A DNA stretch of 30,175 nt from a virus (lineage: Duplodnaviria > Caudoviricetes): positions 1 to 30,175 of IMG/VR virus record IMGVR_UViG_3300032294_003431; one strand, given 5' to 3'. Shown here piece after piece: positions 1 to 7,857 of the stretch. The notes below the pieces were generated by a model. It had not been told where the DNA came from and did no database searches. It saw only the letters and a program-made list of their open reading frames with translations. A program made the translations under genes and the position numbers. The first letter of the stretch is position 1. The number at the start of each line of letters is the position of its first letter.

Positions 1-3
1 AAA

Positions 4-58
4 TTTATTTGACAAAAATTTATAGGTACGGTATTTACCGTACCTTAAGATAATTCAC
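4..58. repeat. Degenerate copy 1 of ~80-bp palindromic intergenic repeat
   Basis: TTATTTGACAAAAATTTATAGGTACGGTATTTACCGTACCTTAAGATAATTC aligns with the copies at 1432-1513 and 1877-1961; contains hairpin AGGTACGGTA-TT-TACCGTACCT. Confidence 0.85.
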
Positions 59-61
59 AAT

Positions 62-91
62 AAAAAAATTCCCCATTTCTGGGGAACTTTT
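62..91 (-). terminator. Intrinsic terminator downstream of 91..435
   Basis: AAAAAAA-TTCCCCA-TTTC-TGGGGAA-CTTTT hairpin with A/T tracts, adjacent to the stop codon. Confidence 0.7.
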
Positions 92-435
92 TACTTTGCA
101 TAGTCAGTGCTTTGTCTGGTAGTTCTTGTGAACATATCAGCAACTTTGAACGCTTCAGACAAGTATGCATAAATTGCACTAGTCAAACTCAAAGATGATA
201 CATAATTAGCAGTGAGGGTTTTGATTGGCAGAGTATATTTCAATTCTGTTTCATCATTGAGAAAATGGTAGACATCTGCTTCAATAGCATCCATTGTTGG
301 ACTTACAACTATATCAATAACACCATTACTGTGCGTTATGCTTAGCACTATGTCTTTTTGACCAAATTCCATAAATTGCTTTACGAACTCTTCTGTAGTA
401 TCAACAGTCTTAAAACCTTGCCTAGAGAATAACAT
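91..435 (-). CDS. Hypothetical protein
   Basis: 114-aa ORF, last gene of a tightly overlapping 3-gene minus-strand unit, followed by a terminator. Confidence 0.75.
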   Translation of the reverse strand: MLFSRQGFKTVDTTEEFVKQFMEFGQKDIVLSITHSNGVIDIVVSPTMDAIEADVYHFLNDETELKYTLPIKTLTANYVSSLSLTSAIYAYLSEAFKVADMFTRTTRQSTDYAK

Positions 436-757
436 ATTGGTATTCCTTCTTTCCTTGTAATGCTCTTGATGATTGTACCATAATCATCCAAATTGCGCTC
501 AACAAACCTACACCACAAAGACCTGCTACAAACATCATCGTAGTATGAATATTACCATACAAGACAAATTCTACTAGAGCAGAAATTGGCATGATGCATG
601 AAACAGTAACTGCCATAACTGAAATGCATTCAAGTAATGTATATAGAGCTTTTGGCATATGCTTTGTAATCTGCCAAAACGCAATGATTCCACCGCCCCA
701 AACAACAACATAAAAGAGTCTATTTATAATATCTAAAGTCATCCTGTTATCTCCCAA
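422..757 (-). CDS. Hypothetical membrane protein (about 3 TM segments)
   Basis: Three hydrophobic stretches; overlaps both neighbours; GGAG just upstream of an internal ATG (MTLDI). Confidence 0.75.
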   Translation of the reverse strand: MGDNRMTLDIINRLFYVVVWGGGIIAFWQITKHMPKALYTLLECISVMAVTVSCIMPISALVEFVLYGNIHTTMMFVAGLCGVGLLSAIWMIMVQSSRALQGKKEYQYVIL

Positions 758-957
758 TTATCTACCATAATATCTTCTGTCTTGAAAGTGTAATATGCCC
801 AAGAGGTTTGGTCACCCTTTGACGTGAAAAACATAAACTTTAATCTATCATCAATTATTCTCACAAAGTAAATCATTGTGATATTGTCTTTGGTTTTTCT
901 TTCTCTGGTGATGCATTTACCATCACGGAGCATTGGCAATACCTGTTCAAGTTTCAT
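739..957 (-). CDS. DUF2829/Tad2-like small protein
   Basis: N-terminal LPMLRDGKCITR and C-terminal EDIMVDNWEI resemble the DUF2829 pattern L..GK.V.R ... D+LA.DW.+; perfect leaderless promoter upstream. Confidence 0.55.
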   Translation of the reverse strand: MKLEQVLPMLRDGKCITRERKTKDNITMIYFVRIIDDRLKFMFFTSKGDQTSWAYYTFKTEDIMVDNWEITG

Positions 958-963
958 AACAGT

Positions 964-991
964 AGTATATCATAATGCATATACTTGTCAA
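964..991 (-). promoter_or_regulatory. Sigma70-type leaderless promoter for 739..957
   Basis: TTGACA-16 nt-TATACT with extended TG, then exactly 6 nt to ATG. Confidence 0.8.
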
Positions 992-1005
992 ATTTAAAAA
1001 ATAAC

Positions 1006-1033
1006 TTGCAAGGTATAGTGTTGGTGATATAAT
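1006..1033 (+). promoter_or_regulatory. Sigma70-type promoter for 1060..1401 (divergent partner)
   Basis: TTGCAA-GGTAT...TGA-TATAAT, 16-nt spacer; AAGGAG RBS before ATG 1060. Confidence 0.75.
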
Positions 1034-1059
1034 TAGTCATCGAACCAAGGAGTTTAGAA

Positions 1060-1401
1060 ATGACGAAGCAAGAAGTTATCACGATGTTTATGAAGGCTGT
1101 AGGACAATACACCACTGCAATTGACAAGACAGCTGAAACTAACATCAATTACAAGAAGAGTGTTTATGCTCTTGAAGATGCTGTAAACCTTATCTATCGT
1201 GAAGTAGACCCAAAAGAACTGGGTAGCAATGCAGAAGCCCGTAATGCTAAGGTTTCTGAAAAGACACAAGATTTGATTATTGCAAAGCGTGAAGCAGAAT
1301 TTCAATTGGAAACCGCTCGTGCAAATGAATCACGAATTAAAGCTGAAGTAGACCAAATCAAGTACATCATTCGTGCGCTTGAAGTGAAAGAAGAAGCATA
1401 A
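1060..1401 (+). CDS. Hypothetical alpha-helical/coiled-coil protein
   Basis: 113 aa with own promoter, RBS and terminator; A/E/K-rich helical sequence. Confidence 0.85.
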   Translation: MTKQEVITMFMKAVGQYTTAIDKTAETNINYKKSVYALEDAVNLIYREVDPKELGSNAEARNAKVSEKTQDLIIAKREAEFQLETARANESRIKAEVDQIKYIIRALEVKEEA

Positions 1402-1403
1402 TT

Positions 1404-1433
1404 AAAAAGGGGGTTGAAAAACCCCCTTTTTTT
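1404..1433. terminator. Bidirectional intrinsic terminator
   Basis: AAAAAGGGGGTT-GAAA-AACCCCCTTTTTTT. Confidence 0.85.
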
Positions 1434-1513
1434 ATTTGACAAAATTTTTTAGGTATGGTTTTACCATACCTAAAGATAATTCCCAAGAATTTTTTCTTGG
1501 GAATTATCTTTGT
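1432..1513. repeat. Copy 2 of ~80-bp double-palindrome repeat
   Basis: TTTAGGTATGG-TTTTA-CCATACCTAAA followed by AAAGATAATTCCCAAGAA...TTCTTGGGAATTATCTTT. Confidence 0.9.
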
Positions 1514-1833
1514 TAGTTGGCAACAGAATCTTTAGATTTTTCTTTCAAACTCTCTAAGGTTCTTTCAATGATAGCATTATAATCAATATCTTCAAATAAT
1601 GTTCTGGTAAAAAAAGCTGTCATAATACTATTTTTTGTTTCTTCGCTGAATTGAGAAAAATCATAAAAGTCACTATTTCTTTTAGGATTTTCTATTCCAG
1701 CATCAAGTTGTTTCTGAATACAATATTCGTGATGTTCTTTCATTGCCATTGCATAAATTGCAGTTTCACCGTTAACAAATCCGTCATGCTTAGTCATATC
1801 AACTTGTTTGCTTGTGTTAGTACGTTTCTTCAT
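1513..1833 (-). CDS. Hypothetical protein
   Basis: 106 aa; leaderless consensus promoter upstream; stop codon abuts repeat copy 2. Confidence 0.8.
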   Translation of the reverse strand: MKKRTNTSKQVDMTKHDGFVNGETAIYAMAMKEHHEYCIQKQLDAGIENPKRNSDFYDFSQFSEETKNSIMTAFFTRTLFEDIDYNAIIERTLESLKEKSKDSVAN

Positions 1834-1839
1834 ATCAAT

Positions 1840-1867
1840 ATTATATCACAATGTATATACCTGTCAA
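1840..1867 (-). promoter_or_regulatory. Sigma70-type leaderless promoter
   Basis: TTGACA-GGTATATACATTGTGA-TATAAT-6 nt-ATG. Confidence 0.85.
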
Positions 1868-1876
1868 GAAAATATA

Positions 1877-1961
1877 TTTATTTGACAAAATTTTTTAGGT
1901 ATGGAATTACCATACCTAAAGATAATTCCCAAGAATTTTTCTTGGGAATTATCTTTGTCAA
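1877..1961. repeat. Copy 3 of ~80-bp double-palindrome repeat
   Basis: Near-identical to copy 2; additionally bounded by TTGACAAA...TTTGTCAA inverted ends. Confidence 0.9.
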
Positions 1962-2243
1962 TTATGAACAGTAGATTTCGCCTTCTTCGTCAAATCCACA
2001 ATCAATGCCATACTGAACATCATCACCACCAACAATTGTATAGGTGATTGACACTACAAGTTTCTTGAAAAACCCTTGGTCGTAATTATTCTTAATCATT
2101 TCTAGGGTTCTATGTGCAATATCATTCAAATCTTCCCAAGAAAAAGGCTTGCCAACCCAGCTGTTAGGAGTTTCAGAACTTGTCTCGCCCTGAAGATGAC
2201 GTGCGCTAACTTCTACTTTTTGAATAAGGTATGTTGTTTCCAT
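1962..2243 (-). CDS. Hypothetical protein
   Basis: 93 aa; leaderless consensus promoter upstream; stop codon abuts repeat copy 3. Confidence 0.8.
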   Translation of the reverse strand: METTYLIQKVEVSARHLQGETSSETPNSWVGKPFSWEDLNDIAHRTLEMIKNNYDQGFFKKLVVSITYTIVGGDDVQYGIDCGFDEEGEIYCS

Positions 2244-2249
2244 AGCGTC

Positions 2250-2277
2250 ATTATATCACTAGTCATATACCTGTCAA
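2250..2277 (-). promoter_or_regulatory. Sigma70-type leaderless promoter
   Basis: TTGACA-GGTATATGACTAGTGA-TATAAT-6 nt-ATG. Confidence 0.85.
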
Positions 2278-2296
2278 GATATTTTATAAATATACT

Positions 2297-2575
2297 ATGA
2301 ATAATGCAGAGCCAGAATTACTTCCTATTGATTTTCAGCATATGATATCTAGCGTTTGGATATATGTTAATCCGCTAACAGGAAAACATGCTAAAACTAC
2401 AAAAACTGGAAAGCTTGCTGTATTCCTAAATGAAGAAATAGGTAGGAGCTGGGAAGCAATATCTACAGCATTAACAGGTATGGTGGGATATACTGCTACC
2501 TGGCATGAAATGATAGAAATTTCTAACAAACAGACTGGGGGAGAATATGAGCTATTTACTACTCATAATAACTAA
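2297..2575 (+). CDS. Hypothetical protein
   Basis: 92-aa ORF with protein-like composition, divergent from the preceding promoter. Confidence 0.65.
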   Translation: MNNAEPELLPIDFQHMISSVWIYVNPLTGKHAKTTKTGKLAVFLNEEIGRSWEAISTALTGMVGYTATWHEMIEISNKQTGGEYELFTTHNN

Positions 2576-2634
2576 TTGTTTGTCTATGTGTATGTTATTG
2601 TGGTTATGTGTATTTACTTATATGGTATGGAAAA

Positions 2635-2994
2635 ATGGCAAAGATAACAAATAAAACTGACCACGTAATAGCATTGATGATAGATGGTATATGGAATACT
2701 ATTATGCCCCAAGGTTTATCTTGTAAGCTTGTAGGCGATAAGTCTGAACCTATAATCAAAGATGGTATACAATTCAACCCTATTAGATTTGATCGTGTAG
2801 TAGAATTACCTAACAGAGAACTTGGCACTATCATTATTGTAGAGAGAGAAGTAGCCTTGTTTATATGGAAGACCTTATATAGAGAAGATGTCTGTTATTT
2901 AGATCATCCTATTGTTAGAGATGATAAGTATACTAGTCTTGCTGCTATGAGCTTAGTATGTATGAGTGAAGCACTTGTCCGTTATTGTTTGTAA
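2635..2994 (+). CDS. Conserved-looking phage hypothetical protein (N[LK]T[PD]H-type N-terminus)
   Basis: ATG 2635 preferred over GTG 2608; motifs ITNKTDHVI, VELP...GTIIIV, R.DV, VRD recall a small phage protein family (from memory, unverified). Confidence 0.65.
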   Translation: MAKITNKTDHVIALMIDGIWNTIMPQGLSCKLVGDKSEPIIKDGIQFNPIRFDRVVELPNRELGTIIIVEREVALFIWKTLYREDVCYLDHPIVRDDKYTSLAAMSLVCMSEALVRYCL

Positions 2995-3147
2995 GATATA
3001 TCTACTAATTATAAAAGGGCATGGGGGGGTATGTTAGAATATTCGTTGGGTTCCCCCTCCCCCCTAGCTTAAAAAAGGCCATATGTGAGAAAATCGCACC
3101 CTAATTTTTGCCCCATAATCTTTGCCCCATAATTTTGTAGAGTGCCA

Positions 3148-3573
3148 GGGGGGGGTGGTTAAATTTTCAGGTTTTGCCCCATATATAACCATCCTTTTTG
3201 CCCAGGTATATATAAATTTTTGTGAGAATATTCTTGCCCGGTATTGTTATGAACGAATTGTTAGATTATTTCCAAAAGAATTTCGGTGAGTATGCTTCTT
3301 CTTTAGTGTTAGTGGATGGAGAAGAAGAGTGTTTTGGGGATCTTCTTTATGATTACAGTTTATTTCTTATTAGTGGTAGATATATATTATTTATTTATTC
3401 CACAGAGTTAGATCATTATGGTATGCCCTATAGAAATACCTTGAGTTTTGATAAGTTTGATATAACTAGTATTTTATAATAATTGTCTCCCCTACATTTT
3501 GGCCCAGGATTAGAGGGGGGGTGGTTAAATTTTTCAGTTTTCCTAAATTTATAACCATCCTTTTTGCCCCAGG
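3148..3573. repeat. Two ~59-bp direct repeats (3148-3206, 3515-3573), each self-complementary
   Basis: G7-8-TGGTTAAATTTT(T)CAG...TATAACCATCCTTTTTGCCC(C)AGG in both copies. Confidence 0.85.
3249..3479 (+). CDS. Hypothetical acidic protein
   Basis: ORF between the two direct repeats; ATG 3249 preferred over GTG 3222. Confidence 0.5.
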   Translation: MNELLDYFQKNFGEYASSLVLVDGEEECFGDLLYDYSLFLISGRYILFIYSTELDHYGMPYRNTLSFDKFDITSIL

Positions 3574-3710
3574 ATTAGTGTAGAGTTTTGGGCCTTATTC
3601 TGATAAAGTTTCTGACATTGTTTTTATTATTCTTTGATAATAATTTTTGTCAGAGTTTTATCAGAGTTTAGGGGAGATAAGGTGTGATATAATATGGGCA
3701 GGAGAAAATT

Positions 3711-3944
3711 ATGTTTACCAAATATTCGCAAGAAGAATTAGAAGAATCAATGTCAGATGCTGGTGTTGAGAAAGCATTTTTAGTTTATAGTGAGAAGGGT
3801 GGCCGAGCTAGTTTGGAATCGTTTTCTGCTGCTTGGAAATCTCTCATAGGGCGAATGATAGATGGCTACACTAATCTTATGGGTGTTAGTATTGCTGAGG
3901 AAAAGTATAAAAGAAATAATCCATTTTGGGATCCTAGAGATTAA
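3711..3944 (+). CDS. Hypothetical protein
   Basis: Extended -10 TGTGATATAAT at 3683-3693, GGAG RBS, terminator after the stop. Confidence 0.8.
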   Translation: MFTKYSQEELEESMSDAGVEKAFLVYSEKGGRASLESFSAAWKSLIGRMIDGYTNLMGVSIAEEKYKRNNPFWDPRD

Positions 3945-3946
3945 AT

Positions 3947-3975
3947 AAAAAAGAGGAGCTTGGCTCCTCTTTTTT
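3947..3975. terminator. Bidirectional terminator (GAGGAGC family)
   Basis: A6-GAGGAGC-TTG-GCTCCTC-T6 between convergent genes. Confidence 0.9.
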
Positions 3976-3995
3976 ATTTAATATTTTGTTTTGAA

Positions 3996-4454
3996 TTAAT
4001 TCATTGGTGTATATGATCTCATAATTCGTGTTTTTAATTCATCATATCTTTTTTTATCTCTTGGACTAAGCATAGCATCTTCGATCATGGAGTCTAATTC
4101 GTCAAAGACATTTTCTAATTCACTTGCTCTTGGCTTATCATAATCTTTAGCGTGATAACCTAATATATCATCAGCTCTATTGCTTGTGCCCATTGGATCA
4201 AGCATATCACTTACTTCCATCAAATCAGTATCTAATTCTTCACGCATGGAAGGTTCACGTTTCATTTCATATTCGTCGTCATCACCATCTGGATCGCCAT
4301 ATGGAAAATAGTCTTCGATATTGTATTCATCGTTTCCGTCCATAGCAATCTTGGACATAACTTTGGTTACTGTGTTGGCTTCTGTGTAAAGTTTTGCGGT
4401 GTCGAGTTCATTAGCAATCTTATTGAGGGACGCTATAATTTGTCTTTTATTCAT
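3996..4454 (-). CDS. Tagged hypothetical acidic protein (N-terminal IANELD tag)
   Basis: Starts MNKRQIIASLNKIANELDTAKLYTEANTVTKVMSKIA; AAGGA RBS. Confidence 0.85.
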   Translation of the reverse strand: MNKRQIIASLNKIANELDTAKLYTEANTVTKVMSKIAMDGNDEYNIEDYFPYGDPDGDDDEYEMKREPSMREELDTDLMEVSDMLDPMGTSNRADDILGYHAKDYDKPRASELENVFDELDSMIEDAMLSPRDKKRYDELKTRIMRSYTPMN

Positions 4455-4558
4455 ATTTTTTCCTTTTTCAGGGTGATGATATTATTTTACAATTAGTTTT
4501 ATTTCATACCTTCTGTAATTATTAGGGCTTGATGTTGTGTTTCTAGTATTATATAGGT

Positions 4559-5620
4559 ATGTGGTATAAATTTGCGAAACAAGGCTCATTGTGGTCTATT
4601 GTTAGTCCGACATTTGAGCAGGATGTAGATCAAGCTATTAAGGCATCAATTGTAAGTAAAACTTTTTCAGATGATGATGTTTTTCCTTTTGGTGGGTATT
4701 TAAGAGCTGGTGATTTTAACGTTGTAGATTTAGAGAAATTTCAAGATTATTTTAGGAATATATCTGAAAACACTTTAAAGGATTATTCATTCCAGTATAT
4801 TGACACAAGAGCGCAAAAAAGTGGTGGGTATTGTGATAAATATAACAAAATAATTGTTATTGGTGAACAAACAATACAAAATTTGCCAGGTGTTATTTCT
4901 ACACTAAAGCATGAGATTATTCACGCAATTGAAGGATTGATACCTTATCTTAAAGACAAAGAACTTTATTCTAATCCAGGGTCTCATCCATCTTTATTGT
5001 TCAAGGATTATGAAAAAGATCAAGCTCCATTGGGTAGAAAAGAATTAGAAGAAAAACTTTATTTAGATCGTTTAGAAGAACTTACTGGTTATACGAGAGA
5101 GTATCTTGGAATTTCGCCAGAGATTTTTTCCGAAGAAGACCGTAAAAAAGCAAGAAGTTTGGCGAAAAAAGATATTAGAGAGTTAGATAGAAGAGCAAGA
5201 TCATTAAGTGGGAATGTAGATCTTTATATGGCTAACCCTTCTGAATTAAGAGCTTTTCGTTCAGAGTTTGATAACTTTTTCAGCATGGAAAATCTTATTG
5301 GAACTTATAAAGGAATTTATGAAAGTTTAGAAAATGGAAAAGATTTATTCTTAAAAGGATTTTATGAATTAATTCAAATTGTTGCAAATGTAGATGATGT
5401 TAGTGAAAGTTATTTGGATAATTCATTATATAGTAATTTACTACACGTTTCTGGTAATAGTAATTTTGGCTGGAGATTTGATCAACAAGTAATAAAAAAC
5501 TTAGATCCTCAATATGTAAGACAAATTGCAAAATACTTGACAAATCTTTTTATTGATGTAAAGAAATACCTTGATAGTTATGAGCCACAAATATATGAAG
5601 AAACAGAAGTAATAGAATAA
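4559..5620 (+). CDS. Putative zincin-like metallopeptidase with MWY tag
   Basis: LKHEIIHAIE (HExxH) and downstream YMANPSELRAF supplying a candidate third-ligand Glu; begins MWYKFAKQ. Confidence 0.7.
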   Translation: MWYKFAKQGSLWSIVSPTFEQDVDQAIKASIVSKTFSDDDVFPFGGYLRAGDFNVVDLEKFQDYFRNISENTLKDYSFQYIDTRAQKSGGYCDKYNKIIVIGEQTIQNLPGVISTLKHEIIHAIEGLIPYLKDKELYSNPGSHPSLLFKDYEKDQAPLGRKELEEKLYLDRLEELTGYTREYLGISPEIFSEEDRKKARSLAKKDIRELDRRARSLSGNVDLYMANPSELRAFRSEFDNFFSMENLIGTYKGIYESLENGKDLFLKGFYELIQIVANVDDVSESYLDNSLYSNLLHVSGNSNFGWRFDQQVIKNLDPQYVRQIAKYLTNLFIDVKKYLDSYEPQIYEETEVIE

Positions 5621-5647
5621 AAAAGAGGAGCTAAACTCCTCTTTTTT
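5619..5647. terminator. Bidirectional terminator (GAGGAGC family)
   Basis: A6-GAGGAG-CTAAA-CTCCTC-T6 between convergent genes. Confidence 0.9.
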
Positions 5648-5649
5648 AT

Positions 5650-6144
5650 TTATTTCTTATCTTTTTTGTCAGTAATTGGTCCACCAGTTACCCAAGCATC
5701 ACAAGTTCTTTTAGCAGCACATTTGAATTTTAAGAATTTACAGTAGCCAAGTTTTCCAGCGTTTATAGTTTCTGTGGCATCTTCTCCTATGCCCTTTTCT
5801 ATGCAGTCCATTGTTTTTGTTGTAATGTCAAAAGCAGCACAATTACCGCAGAGCATGTTCTTCACTTCTGATAGATCGTCCACTTTCCACATGTCCATTT
5901 TCTTTTTCCAGAATTTTTCATTTGGCTGTGATGGGTCAGCTGGTCCATATCCATGCTCATTTATAGCTTTTTGTCTATTTTTTAGGTTAAGTTCTATATC
6001 TTGTGTTGCATCTGGACAGTCTTTTTCTTTTTCGGCTAATTTTGTCATAAGTAGATTGATTTGGTTAGCTAATAAGATTTCGTGGCTGTTTTCAAAGCTT
6101 TCAGCTACATCTGCGAGTGAGGATAAGATTATTCTTTTATTCAT
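5650..6144 (-). CDS. Tagged Cys-rich putative metal/Fe-S-binding protein
   Basis: Degenerate tag ending MTKLAE, then domain with CGNC...C...GYC...C...TCDAW; AAGGGAG RBS. Confidence 0.75.
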   Translation of the reverse strand: MNKRIILSSLADVAESFENSHEILLANQINLLMTKLAEKEKDCPDATQDIELNLKNRQKAINEHGYGPADPSQPNEKFWKKKMDMWKVDDLSEVKNMLCGNCAAFDITTKTMDCIEKGIGEDATETINAGKLGYCKFLKFKCAAKRTCDAWVTGGPITDKKDKK

Positions 6145-6227
6145 TTTGGTCTCCCTTAAATAATATTTTAAGTATCTATTATTGTATCCTTTTAGGAATC
6201 TTGTTAAAGTATGAGTAAAAATATAGT

Positions 6228-6821
6228 ATGAGAATTAGTCCTATTGGTGTTGATAAATTAAAAGATTATGATTGGTTTTATAGTGAGGATCATAATCTCT
6301 GGTATTATTTTAGGAAACGCAAGGGTGATAGTTTAAATAGTTCAGAGCTTGATGACACTTTAGATCCAAAAATCAAAAGTATTGTAAAGCATTTGAATGA
6401 TAATGGTTATGACACGTTGCCAAGTTGTGAGGGTCATAATCGCACCAAGAATTTCATTGATAAGGCTTGGAAAAATCTTTTAAGTGATAGAAAGAAAATT
6501 CGTTCTGTTGGTTTGTGGTTATGTAATTGCGAGAATAGTAATAAATATTTTTTAATGGATCCTAATTGGGAAATTCCGTTTAGTTATGATGAGTTTAGTG
6601 ATATATGTAGTGGTAAGAAAGAAGTGGTGGGTTATATTGGTTTTTATTGTGATGATGAAAAATTATTTAGGTTATTAGAGGGATTATTTAGTGGTAATTC
6701 TTATGTATCTGTGCGCTTTGATGGTAAAGTTATAGAAATATTCAATAAGAGTAAAGATGATGAGATTAGGGGCAAGAATTGGAATTTGATTAGTGAGGTT
6801 TTGAAGAGTGTGATTAAATAA
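6228..6821 (+). CDS. Hypothetical protein with TYW3/Taw3-like motif
   Basis: LDPKIKSIVKHLNDNGYDTLPSCEGH resembles D..I...V..LN...T.SSC.G[RH] of TYW3-like folds. Confidence 0.5.
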   Translation: MRISPIGVDKLKDYDWFYSEDHNLWYYFRKRKGDSLNSSELDDTLDPKIKSIVKHLNDNGYDTLPSCEGHNRTKNFIDKAWKNLLSDRKKIRSVGLWLCNCENSNKYFLMDPNWEIPFSYDEFSDICSGKKEVVGYIGFYCDDEKLFRLLEGLFSGNSYVSVRFDGKVIEIFNKSKDDEIRGKNWNLISEVLKSVIK

Positions 6822-6846
6822 AAAAAGGAGCAAAGCTCCTTTTTTT
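6820..6846. terminator. Intrinsic terminator (GAGGAGC family)
   Basis: A7-GGAGC-AAA-GCTCC-T7. Confidence 0.85.
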
Positions 6847-6873
6847 ATTTAATGATCTGTACAAAATAACTTA

Positions 6874-7827
6874 ATGAAAAGTTATGAATTTAATGTTGGT
6901 CAGGCGATAAAAAATAAAGACTTCGAAAAATATTTTGTAAGAGTTAGTAAAGATCAAAATGACAAGATTAATGTTTTCGCTTATGAAATTGTTGATGGTG
7001 TAGAAAAACAAGTTGAATATTTTATTCATTTTGTTCATGGTGAGCACAAGATAGATTTAACTGATTTTAACAAAATATTAGATTTAAGTACGCTTAAGAT
7101 AGATATTTTTAAAAGAGCTGAAAAATTCAATAAAGTAGTATTAGGATATTCTGGCAAAGATTCCAAGCGTGATAAATTTTGGGATGTACTTTGTAAATCT
7201 TGTGGATTCCTTAGTAGTCAACGTTCTAGAATTTTTGGCAAGTGTAAGGGCTGTAAGATTCAAAATATGACAAGGCCTTTTGAAGAATTTGCAGCAGCTT
7301 GCCTTAAGAAACATAATGGTAAGTATATTTATGATGACCCTGAAGGTTATGTAAATTCAACAGAAAAAATTAAGATTTTTTGCACCAAGTGTGAGAAATA
7401 CTTCTGGCAGCTTGGAAGTGCTCATTTAAGTGGGTCTGGCTGTCCTCTTTGCAGAGAATCTAAAGGTGAGTTAAAAATATCTCAATATCTAAAGAGTCAT
7501 AAAATAGCTTTTGAACCGCAACAATATTTTCATGATTGCAGACACATAAATCTTTTAAAATTTGATTTTTATTTAACTGAAAAAAATGGTCTTGTAGAAT
7601 TTGACGGTGAACATCATTACAAGCCTACTTTTGGATCCACACCTGAAGAGAGACAAAATAATTTTGAAAATCAACAAATAAGAGATAGAATTAAGGATGA
7701 GTGGGCAAAGGCAAACAATATACCTTTACTTAGAATTCCTTATTGGGATTTCGATAGAATTCCTGAAATATTGGATGCATTTATAGTTTCATTATCAGCT
7801 GAACAAAAATTATTATTGGAAATGTAA
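6874..7827 (+). CDS. Putative free-standing endonuclease (Zn-ribbon repeats plus C-terminal Vsr/DUF559-like PD-(D/E)XK domain)
   Basis: Several CxxC pairs, HL.GSGCPLC.ESKGE, FDFYL...VEFDGEHHY, RD.IK...NNIPLLRIPYW. Confidence 0.75.
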   Translation: MKSYEFNVGQAIKNKDFEKYFVRVSKDQNDKINVFAYEIVDGVEKQVEYFIHFVHGEHKIDLTDFNKILDLSTLKIDIFKRAEKFNKVVLGYSGKDSKRDKFWDVLCKSCGFLSSQRSRIFGKCKGCKIQNMTRPFEEFAAACLKKHNGKYIYDDPEGYVNSTEKIKIFCTKCEKYFWQLGSAHLSGSGCPLCRESKGELKISQYLKSHKIAFEPQQYFHDCRHINLLKFDFYLTEKNGLVEFDGEHHYKPTFGSTPEERQNNFENQQIRDRIKDEWAKANNIPLLRIPYWDFDRIPEILDAFIVSLSAEQKLLLEM

Positions 7828-7857
7828 AAAAAGAGGAGCTTTGCTCCTCTTTTTTTT
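7826..7857. terminator. Bidirectional terminator (GAGGAGC family)
   Basis: A7-GAGGAGC-TTT-GCTCCTC-T8 overlapping both stop codons. Confidence 0.9.

Noticed and set aside
1436-1465. TTGACA inside the repeat as a + strand promoter
   Set aside because: There is no acceptable -10 at 16-18 nt in copies 2 and 3 and no sense gene downstream; antisense transcription cannot be excluded.
1-1961. Palindromic repeats as a CRISPR array
   Set aside because: Units are ~80 bp separated by hundreds of bp of coding DNA, with no constant-length spacers and no cas genes.
954-2834. ORFs 954..1148, 1054..1305, 1651..1974, 2112..2300, 2335..2529, 2604..2834
   Set aside because: Antisense shadows of better-supported genes, several running through promoters or repeats.
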